This document shows positions 49,110 through 59,900 of a stretch of 64,000 nt of DNA, piece after piece. The first letter of the stretch is position 1. Each line of letters begins with the position of its first letter. The stretch is from assembly GCF_003704095.1 (NCBI RefSeq), contig NW_020844463.1:62001-126000 (forward strand), read 5' to 3'. Under the pieces are notes generated by a model that saw nothing but the letters and a program-made list of their open reading frames with translations, was not told the origin of the DNA and made no database searches. The position numbers and the translations under genes are program-made. The stretch is from Pocillopora damicornis (taxonomy: Eukaryota).

Positions 49110-52100
49110 TTACCACGGTAAGGAATATCTTCATTCCTGTTGACCTTGAGAAATTACCGCCAATCGGAAAAAAGGGAAACTTTTAAGAATAAAAAAGATT
49201 AAGGAGACGATTGTAGTATCAATAGCCCTAAAAGTCAAAATAGTAAGGCATTGTTCGCGCTGTAATACAAACTTGAATGTCTAGCACGGAAACGGGGAAG
49301 GGGAAGGTCTTTTATGCAAGTTTGTTTGTGTATCTGTTTAAAAGGCCGTGATATGTGATTTGATATTCTTTGGAGACATCAGTTAAACCCAATGATTACC
49401 GAAAGAGTTATTAGAGTGATAAAGCAGAAGGAAAGTAAATGAGCTTCAGTAGTCACCGAGGAATCAAAAGGAGATATCCACGAAGACTAGACAATAGCCA
49501 AATGCAAAATTTGGGCCTTTCAAACCTCAGCAGATGCACCATCGAGGTATCTTTAAAGCTCAATGCTAAATTCCGTTTGTTGTTATTCTTAGTGACCTTG
49601 TGATTTCGCTTAATTACCGTTTTGAGAACGAAAAATTTCGACCAAAAAAAGGCTCTTGTGTACTCCAACCTAATTTATTTGGTGGTGGCTAGTGACTTGC
49701 TCAAAATCTGAGCCTGTAAGCTACATTGGCAGTTAATCCTCCTTGTCACGCCAACGATTTAGATATTCTTCGTTAGATATTACGTAAATTACATTACGTT
49801 TTTGAGTTGGTCTTAATTTCGTTTTTCGTATGCTTCAATTTTCTTATCAGTTTAAAGGAAACCCAACCTTTCAGGACCCTTCCTTGCAATTTTTTTTTTC
49901 ACCAACAGTATGCGCAAAATGCTCACATGAAGCGCCGTTATAAGGGGCACAAACTTGAAATGAGTGTTGTTTGAATAAACATCACCTCGTTGGAATGTGC
50001 GCGCAATCGCTATTTGAGTTTGCTCTAAGATCTATTTTGCTTTGAGGGGCTGTTCTTGAAGGATATGTTTTAAAACGTCTTTCGATGGCTTTAAACAAGC
50101 TTTACACCTAATCTATATGAAAAATGAAACTAAGTATTCGAATTGAATCCTTGTTCATAACAAAGCTGTCGGTTGTAGAGAAAATGGAAGTTAAGACCCA
50201 AGACCTAAGAAACCATATTTAATTTATTTTTTGATGGCAACGAGAGAGGTACGGAAGCCGAAAATGGACAATCCAAAATATTTTGCAAATCCGAAAAAAT
50301 ATTCAAAATCGATATCTTTTAGACAAATCGCTTTTGAAAAGTTTGTCAAATCGACAAAACAAATTCAAATCCGTGACTTTCTACTCATTTACCGAGCTTT
50401 AAGACTCTAGACCTTGCAGACCTTTACTTCTTTAATCCTCTAGAAAGACTTGGGATTTCCGGTTGAAATTCTCCACTCCAATTCTCTTCCTTTTCCAATT
50501 TGAAGAACTAATTCTCAAGAGTTCAATTCCCACGGGGGAAAGAAGTTGAAGTTTCGAATTGGTCAATGCATAAGCATGACATTTGTCTCAGTACCTAGTA
50601 CTGAGACAAATGTCAGCCCTCTGTAATTGAATTTCACTTCTCAAAGACGCATCAACAACGTTTAAGCCCCATAAATGAGGCTTTATGTCTCGAGTACATC
50701 GTAAAAGGGATATGCACTCGCTCTACTGCACGGTATGTCCGAAACTATCCTAGAGCATTCTCTTCATGCAAAAGAACTGGAAAATAAACTGAATTAAAAG
50801 GGAAGTTAATCAAAGACATAGTAAGTTTGGCTTTCTGTTAAAAACGAGAACTTTTCCAATATTTTACCTCAATGAAACCGGCATCTCAGTGTTCACTACA
50901 AAACCAAAACAAAATTCAATATTTGAACTTGTTGTGGGCAAAACTGTCAAAGAAGTATGAAGAAGAGTGAAATGATAAAAAAAACGACGAACCTTATCTA
51001 AACAGGATCACCAAATAAAGCAGTAAATTTCCACTTTTAGGCTGCGTTCCTTTGGGAGAATCCGGATCAGGATTTCTGATCTGTGGCGTTTCTTTCGAGC
51101 AAATCCATTTTCAGATTAGTGATCTATCAAATCCACTCTGGACAAGGATTCATTGGATCACTGATCCAACGCGTTCCTTTGGGCGGAGGATCCGAAATTA
51201 ATCATTTCGCTCAGCGGTGCTCAATTTCAAACAAGTAGGTACTTCATATATTGACCGGGAAGATGGTTGGCAATCGCTCCACAAATTCCGCGATAAACAC
51301 AAAATAAAATCGATTTTGTAATTTTAAATCGATCGGCCACTGATCGCAGGCATTCAGGGTTCCCAAGTATCCATATCTTAATTAATACTTGCGTCTGTTT
51401 TGATACCATCGTTTGAGTTTACCATGAAAAAATGAGCCTCTAATGAATAGTGCGTGCTAAAAGCCCGTGCAGTTAGACGAGCCATTTAGGGAAGAGTTCA
51501 ATAACCCATGTGCATACTCCCAAAGGAACGCACCCTAAAACTCCGTTCCTTTCATGCACCGTGATCTGTGTGATCTTGGATCATAAATCCAAATCCGAAT
51601 CCTCCCAAAGGAACGCACCCTTAGACTCAAGAATAAACTTGATTGCTTATGCATTCTCACGGGTTCAAGTTGATGTCTATCTCAAACAACATTCCGTTTC
51701 GTGTGTGTGGCCACTGCCAGAGTGTATCACGTTGGTATTTAAGACTTACTTTTTATATAAATGAAAATTACTCTAACTGAATTGCCAAAGGTTGGGGTTT
51801 TTCTTTAATGCAAACTTGAGAAAATTGTAAACTGACTCCTTTTGCAAAACATGACAAATTTGCATATCATTTACGAAACCGGTTGCGCGACCTGTAACTA
51901 CTACATCATTAATCTTAAGTTTGCAGTGATTTAATTCAAATAAATGGCCAAATTCTTTTACCAGTAGTATGTAAGAATTGATGAGAATGTTTCTTTCACA
52001 AAATCCTTTGTTCTCAAAACGGTAAGTGAATTAAACTCTGAGGGTAACTGAGCGTGGCATGTTTAATTCAATTACTTACCTTAAATCGTACCGTTGCAAC

Positions 52101-54915
52101 AATTTTGCTTGAACATCATCACATTTATGTTAAGTCAAAAGATATTTCCATACTATTAGGAAACTTTCCGGATGATAAATGTACTTTAACCGTTTTCTTC
52201 TGATCGTAAATTGATTTAAGAGCTTTTAGGGCCAGATCCCAAACATAGCCAGGTCATTACGGGTTGATAATTTTTTTTCCTTGACCAATTCATTTCCCCT
52301 ATTTTTTTTGTTCACGAAATATGTTTATCTATGAACAAACGTTCTTCACAGTAAATGATAACTCCTGGATTGAGGTAACACTGGAGATATTCGGTTACTA
52401 AATTAGGGTAAATTTTTCCTTGTTCAATGGGGCCTAAAGCGACCTTAGAACGTCGGGATCACATATTGTTAAAACCAGACATTTGCCATGTTTTTTTTAA
52501 ATAAATGTTAAGGGGAAGGGAAGATCGTTTCACGGATATCACGAGATTTTGAGACGAGTTGAATTCAAAAGATCACCTTCGATCCGCCATATTGGCGGGA
52601 AAGTATGGGCATACCAAGTGCACTTTCCTGTTTTTTTGGCGAGAAAAAATAGCTGGAACCTTTTAATATCCATTTCGTGATTAGAACCAAAACGTATGAT
52701 GAAAATGAAGAGGCCGACGAAAGTTCGAAAGTTACAGACTATCGCAGTTAAGAACGAGTCTCTGTAAGAATCAAACAACTTGGGAAATGAAAATTTTCAA
52801 CTACCCTTCAAGTTTTCCATGCAGTTAGGTACCCGGGGGGAAGCACAAAAATGGCAACATTTTTGTTGCCATGGTAACGATGGATGATTGTTCTTGGCCG
52901 AAGGCTGTACTTACAAACATGATCAATGTCTCACAGGAAACTATCGCTTCTAGCCGTAATTTTACATCAGTCAAAATAAAGCTTACCGTGAACTCTCAGT
53001 CTCATTATTAGGCTTATTGCATGGGTTCCTTTCTGCAAGGAATCATCATTGAAATGAGCTTCAAAGGAAGTTATATTTTCCTCGGGCTATGGATTCGCTA
53101 GTGTTCATCGTCAGAGGTTACTGACTTGCTAAAAACATCAAATTCAGCCGACAATTCCACCTAAAAGTGACAGCTATTTCAACAATGAGCCAACGACCAA
53201 GCATGAAATGTTTAGGAGCATTTCATAGTAGGTTTCCCACCCCAGATATTATCTCGAAAGATAAAAACTAAGTTCTGGTAAGTAACAGAACGAAAAAGCA
53301 AAAATCACCTTCTTTAAAGGGGCGATTGACCCTGAAATCCACTCACCCTAGACAAAAGTAGAAACTACGTTTGTTCAGCGGTTTCGATTTAGGGAGTATG
53401 TTTTTCACTAGGGACTCACTGCTGTCTCTTCATTTGTTTTGACCATTTGCCACTGTAGTTCTTTAAGCAAAATATTGCCGCTTTTATTCTTTTTTGCCTT
53501 AATGTATTTGATAAGACTATCTTTAGTAACAAGCCTATATTACAATCGACACAACATATGCTCCACGACCATGTACACGACGGTAGTAATACCTTTACTT
53601 TGAGTTGCAACTCTTACGTAGCCTTGCGGGGTAAGCTGTTGACAAAAGAAACAACACAGTCAACATAAGACGCCTTTCGCTGTCCTGAGACTTGCAAGTC
53701 GAATTCTTCAGAGATTGCCTTGAGCGTTGTCAAGTGTAGCATGGACAGTTCAACCTTCGACATCTCATATATTTTGAACTCCTTGAACACGATTGGATGA
53801 TCGAACTTAATTGATTCTTACTGTGGGGCAATTATGACATCTTCGGTAACCTCCCTTACAGCATTCTCTAATTGAACTGCGTCAATTTCCGATTCACTGA
53901 GCTGCCTTCGTTTGGCCGCAAAGCGAGAAAAGTACGAGTTAATTTGTTGCGGGGTCAAGAATTCTTCTATTGAAAACAGCCGCTTATGAAAAATTGAATG
54001 TACCACAATAAAGATGAAAAATATAACTAAGTGTGCTGTAAGTATTAAGTTGTATCGTTTAAATGGACGTGAGATTGAGAGATTTACATTTTAGGCAAAT
54101 TTTTGTTTGTAAGTACGGCCTTCCACCAATAACAATAATTCATTGTTAACATGGCAACAAAAATGTTGCAACCTCTAAAAAAGGCATTTTTGTGCATTCC
54201 CCCGGGGTACCTAACTGCATGCAAAATTTGAAGGGTGGTTGAAAATTTCCATTTCCCAAGTTGCTTGATTCTTACAGACACTCGTTCTTAAATATTTGTT
54301 AGATTGAAATGCGTCCAAGCAAATCATCTGCATATACGTACATAACACCTTTATTTATATACTATGAAAACCAAAGCTACGACCTTGTGGGGTTTGTGTA
54401 CAAAAACTTGAAATGGATTGAAACTATCAATTATTAACAAATTAAAACTAATAAGAACTAATTTTCCACTAGGTCTTAGCTGATAGAGAGGTTGGTATAG
54501 TTAAATAGGTGAGAGGTCTAGCCATCCCACTACTGTAAGAGGTATTCTGACTTGTGTAGCATGAAGCGTTTGTCATCTTTTTATAGCTGTTGACACAATC
54601 CGCCTGATGGAAGGCAGCTCACCATTGATTGGAAGGGTTGAGGTTTTCCATAGCGGCCAATGGGGAACAATTTGCGACGACAGGTGGGACATAAACGATG
54701 CTAATGTAGTTTGCAGACAACTCGGTCTCCCTCCAGCCACCCAGGCCTTTAGAGGGGCTACGCATGGACAAGGTTCTGGTCAAATATGGATTGATGATAT
54801 TCTTTGCTCAGGATACGAGTTACACGTAGACGAGTGCAACCATGGTGGATGGGGAAATCATAATTGTGTACACTACGAAGACGCCAGCGTAGAGTGCTCC
54901 TCTATAATCTCTTGA
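49110..54915 (+). CDS. CUB end + SRCR terminal exon of a + strand cluster gene (gene E, 5'-partial)
   Basis: End of a CUB exon TACCACG|GTAAGG at 49110-49117; its downstream intron copies 48524-48860. SRCR exon 54587-54915 encodes [41 protein letters not shown], with six Cys (group A). Splicing across the 5.5-kb, transposon-filled intron is inferred. Confidence 0.7.
50577..50615. repeat. Perfect 18-bp inverted repeat with 3-nt loop
   Basis: TGACATTTGTCTCAGTAC-CTA-GTACTGAGACAAATGTCA. Confidence 0.9.
51040..51620 (-). mobile_element. Internally deleted PIF/Harbinger DNA transposon
   Basis: TIRs GGCTGCGTTCCTTTGGGAGAATCCGGAT / ATCCGAATCCTCCCAAAGGAACGCACCC, with 3-bp TSD TTA at 51037-51039 and 51621-51623. 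Internal fragment 51227-51409 (QVLIKIWILGNPECLRSVADRFKITKS..VYRGICGAI) resembles the HTH region of HARBI1-type transposases. Confidence 0.85.
52752..54287 (-). mobile_element. TTAA-targeting DNA transposon remnant with long TIRs (Sola3-like; Kolobok not excluded)
   Basis: Imperfect TIRs of about 170 bp starting GAACGAGT(C/G)TCTGTAAGAATCAA, with TTAA at 52748-52751 and 54288-54291. Internal minus-strand, interrupted transposase-like C-terminus RLFSIEEFLTPQQINSYFSRFAAKRR..HPIVF..RKASY (about 53625-53990). Confidence 0.7.
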
Positions 54916-56430
54916 TCGGGTGAATTTTTTTGTAATTTGCGGCTTGAATTGCTCACCCGCATGTCACTGAAGGACAAAGAAGCAGAGTTTTCAAAGTTTC
55001 TTGAATTTTTTTCAGCTCTTTCGATGGATAGTTACGGAAAAGCATGCTGAAGAGCCTAACCCAACAACATTCTTCGCACTTTTCCCTAAATTTAAACTTT
55101 ATTGTTGAGGTGTGCCAACTTAGTGATTGTTTTGTTTTGCTTTTTTTTTTTTTTTTCGACTTTGGAAATGACTGATTCAGTACAAGTCGTTTCGGAAAGG
55201 CTCTTTTAAAAAGGATTTTTTCATTTGAATCTTTTCTCTTTTTGGGGAAAGGGAGGGGAGGGTGTATGCTATTCTCTGAAATTCTTCTTCATCCTTTTCG
55301 ATTTCCATCAAATAGTTATTTTTTCAAATGATAAAGAAATACAAAGTCTGGCTGCTACGTTATATCACTAAAATATGGGCATGGATTTGGAATCCAACGC
55401 TTGATTTTTGCATGTCGAATACAAATGTTTCGAAATTAATAGCAAGTAGTTTGCTACGGTGAATAAATGCATGCACCAAGTTTAGACTAGACGCGATATT
55501 CAAATAATTACGATATCATTGTTAAAAATTTCGAGATAGTTCTTCGGGGGTATCGATGGGATGATGACTTTTACGGCTAACGACTAAAGTCAATTTCTTA
55601 CCGGTGTAGTCATCAGAAACATTTTAAAGGTTAATGTTTTCACAACCAGGGGTAAAAAGATTTTTCATGCCGTTTTAACAGTTATCTCCACTGAGGCCTT
55701 CTTCTTCAGGCTCCGGTTACCGCCATCAAATCAGAAATTAGAATTGTCTAGTCCTTGTGTTAATCGTGATCATGAATGACAGTGTTGATATGTCGACAGT
55801 TTTAAGAGACCAAAAGGATCAGGTAAAAAAATAACATCATCGACCCACGAAAATTGAACGCCAGAGGACATTGTAGAGTTTTAAACAGTTTGCAAAGTCT
55901 GAATTTTAAATCATTTTATCAGCGTGGTCTTGGTCTTCCAGTGGCTCGTAATTAATCAAGCTTTTGAAAGATATCTCAAGGATAAAAAAAGTTTGGGACT
56001 TGATAAAGAAACATGTTTGGCTTATTATGACGGTAGATGTAGTTGACATCAACGTGGAAGGCAGTCACGAATTAAACTTTTGATCTTTGGTACAAATAAA
56101 TCATAACAGTAAAATTTGATTTTGTCACTGTCATACCAAAGTCAGTTCACGGACCGGAGCTATTTTCCTTTCATTGCTACGTGCTTGGTTAAGCTTAGTT
56201 AACCCTTCCACTTCAAGGGGTAATTAACATGTAACATTTCCCTATGATATCTCTACACGCAGACAAGTGATGGGAAAACCAAAAAAACACCGAGTTTTTG
56301 CTAGTTTACCATGCAAACATTAACCAATGTTGAACTCTCGAAAGCTTAAACTTAATTGCTGAACATTCAAAATGAAGCTTTTAAAAACAAAACTAAAAGA
56401 ATGAAAGAATGCGAGAACAAAAGTGATAAT

Positions 56431-56730
56431 GTTTATTCAAAACAAAAAATGTAACTGTAAATGTAGGAAGTAACGTATGTGGGAAAGTGGAGGCAACAGA
56501 TAAAGAATAACAGATGGAAAAAAAAAACCGAAAAGAAAAATTGCATTGAAGCTGGTAAAAACAAGAAAAAAAAAATTGTGCGGAAAAAAAATCTAACAGA
56601 ATTTGAATTATCGTGAATGAAAATAGTACCAGGACATAACGTTTATTCAAAACAAAAATATCACTGAGAATGTAGGAAATAATGTATGTGGGAAAGCGGA
56701 GTTAACAGATAGAGATGGCAGATGGAAAAA
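56431..56730. repeat. Two direct copies of a roughly 90-bp unit (56431-56520, 56641-56730) upstream of gene F
   Basis: GTTTATTCAAAACAAAAA..AATGTAGGAA.TAA.GTATGTGGGAAAG.GGAG..AACAGATA..CAGATGGAAAA occurs twice, 210 bp apart. Confidence 0.8.
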
Positions 56731-56911
56731 GACAGGAAAAAAACATCATAATTTATTTTAGGTAGGATGCAAAACAATATACTATCAGTTTACCTTATAA
56801 GGGAAGTAAACATACCCCTCTTTTACCTAGGCAGCGCGATTTTAATCAGTGGATTGTTGTCAAATATCATTCAAACATCACAAAGGTTCCCTTTGGCCGG
56901 GTTTTGAAGAC

Positions 56912-59900
56912 ATGGGACTTTGGCTCTATATGTTTTTCGTCTCTCTGGTTTTTAACCTTGAACAAAATTTATCCTGCATGGATGGTAAGATTACTTTCTT
57001 GCTTTAAGAAATTGGATAAACCTTTTTTCTGTCTATATTATTAAATCATCCTCAGCATTTTACTAAAACTGGAATGCATCATTTCAGAGACTTAAAACTG
57101 AAGGCTTAATTGATGGAGCCCTCAAACTACTTGCAGAATTTAAATGCTTTGTTACTTTTTAGTCTTTTTTTGTTGTTTATGAGGGAAAATTCTCTCCTTA
57201 TTCACTTCTTTTGTCCTTCTAAGAAATTTGTGGAGAGGAGAGTACCACACTCGTCACTGCGGTAACTCAGTTTACCATATTTTCGTTGCAAAAAAAAGTC
57301 CAACAGAGCTCTCGTAATGTCTTTCAAGAGACACGAGTTTCGCAATTTAAGATCCATTGATATTTCAATGGGCCAGACAGAATCAAGAAATAACAACATC
57401 TTACATAATCAGTGGAAATAGTTTTGCATTGGCTATTTGACCGAACTTCCATCGCAATAATTTTTTCGCGTCATCTGTCGTGTTGATTAAAACTCGGCAT
57501 TCGAATCTTTTCTTCCGTGTTTGTAGGACCTCGCTTTGTTCTGTGGTCTGCACAAAATGGAGCTGACGAGTCAATTTTCCAGATTAAAGAAATAAACCCA
57601 AAAATATTTTTACAGTGTAGACAAAGAAAATACTTCAAGTATGAAAATAACATAATATTGACTAAGCAGGGAAATCTTTCTAGTCGAAAAGTGGGTAGGA
57701 TATTCGCGATAATTATTGTAATATTATTGATCATCGAGTTAATGTGTATTTTTATCTTCCAATATTTAAAAAAAGGTCTTAACTTCAATAGAGTTTTTTT
57801 TAAGGCTTTTTGTAATATCGTTATTGAAACTGTACGTTCCCAACAAACAAATTGATTAATTGAGCAAAAGTATAATTTGAAGGCGAGAATGCGACGCGAC
57901 CAAAGAGGCCGCATGGGGAGTCCGTGTCGGTCTGTCTTTACCTTTATTCTCATGTTGATATTTTCCAGACAGAATCCTTCCTTTATGTGCAACCACTTAG
58001 CGTGCATAGTCATTTAATGTACAGACGCACAAAACGCAAAATACAGCTTAAAAAGAATATTTTTAAATGATTAAAAGGCTTTAAAATGCTTTAAAAAACT
58101 CCTCCTTTTTAAGGGGATTAAAACATACCGTAACGAATTTCAGTTATGCGTCTTGGTAGCTTTTCTAGCGAACTATGCAGCGGAAAAGGCCTTCTTAAAA
58201 ACGCAATCTCACATTCAGATCGGTTAGGATAGAATTCGCGTTTCCCTGATTGGTTCCCTAACCAGCACAACGGACAAATAGAAATAATACAAACTCGATC
58301 CTCAAGCCGATCGATCCATAGAGAGGTCGCAGAAGCAATTTCCACTAGAGAACGGAATTGAGAACACCTCCCTATCTTCCGAAAGTCTTTGCAATTGCAA
58401 AACCATCTTCAAACAACAGCTGAAGAGACTCGTGAAGAGTCGAAACCATTGCAACAATGTTTGCCTTTTGACAACTCTCTGTCGGAATACCTTACACCAA
58501 GTCTTGGTAATGAAGACGAAAACGATATCTCACCACCAAAGACGCCAGACTATCGTTGCAGTGACGAAAAGTGCAACCAAGAAATTGATGTCTTTGAAGA
58601 TAAGAAAGATAATCAGAACCCATCAAAACCCATTACAAGCCGACCGAGACCTTCCAATTTATGCACTTCGCTTCGTGCCACCCACCAGGCGTAAAATATG
58701 GTTTCATAAAAAAGCCGCAACGCAATAAGATTGCTTAGAACTTACTCTTCAGAAAAAAACTCCCGAAGAGGGCCTTTTGAAACTCAAACAACTCCTCAAA
58801 GTAAGGAGGTACCCAGAAAACAAAGAAAGGTCGCTGTTTGGGGTCAACTTTGCCTTTAGGCAATCGGCTCTTACACATATGCAAAGGCCAAAAGGTCACG
58901 AAGTATTGGCTTTCTTTCGCAACGTTTCACCCGGTAGTTAAAAATTCTAAACAAATATTGATAGAACATTGGAGTCTGATATATGATCAGCCCTGGCTGA
59001 AAACAATTCCTTCAAAACCTTCGACAGTCTCCTACATAAAGGGAAAATCCCCTAGAGACTTGCTTGTGAGAGCAAAAATATAATTTGAAGGCGACAATGC
59101 GACGCGACCAGAAAAGCCACACGGAGAGTACGTGTCGGTCTGTCTTTACCTTTATTCTCAAATTTACATTTGTATTGGAAAATTGTTGATCGGTTTTTTG
59201 GAGGTCGAGCGAACGAGCTTACCAAATCGAAAAAGCGATTGATGTCGCATGATGCAAACAGTGTTTCTACTAACCGTTAAACCTCGGTATCTAGTTATTG
59301 CTATAGAGAATCCAGACAAATATTGTAATAATCTATATGCGTGTTGTCATCTCCGATTAGCATGCTTAGCAACATCCAAAACTGTCTCAAAGGAGTAGAA
59401 CTAAAGTAATTTGATGTTTTCTTGATTTTTCTTTTTAGATCAATGCCGTATCTTAGCATTTCCATCCACTCTGTTCTTCGTAGGAGAACGTCTAATTAAC
59501 CACACCATAGCAAACATCAGTGTGATTGACAGGGACACGTGTGAATATCGTTGCTACCTGCACTATAACTGTGTCAGTGTTAACTTTTACTTTGGACAAA
59601 ATGGAGCAGAAGCACACAATTGTGAACTAAATAACTCAACGGGTAAAGAACACGAGAGGGATCTGGTGAAAGCAACGAGCTACGTATACCACGGAACGAA
59701 TGTACGAGCTATTACATATCAATGTCAATTCTTTGGCTTCTAGCATTGAATCGGCGCTGAAGGCATATTTTTTAAAATCGTATTTAGAAAGGATTATGTA
59801 CAAATCATGCATTATTTCTATTAAGTGCTATAAAGGGCGGTGCCATTAAGTATCTCTTGTAGATTTAGTCCGAAATAATATTTAACAACTACTCACCTGA

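Noticed and set aside
54913-54925. Phase-1 donor-like site just after the SRCR stop (TGA TCG G|GT), hinting at readthrough or a formerly longer gene
   Set aside because: The donors are weak (GTGAAT, GTTAAC), absent in gene A, and no downstream coding exon was found.
57471-58013. 180-aa and 112-aa overlapping hydrophobic ORFs
   Set aside because: AT-rich intronic sequence overlapping a retroelement end; no domain signal or splice support.
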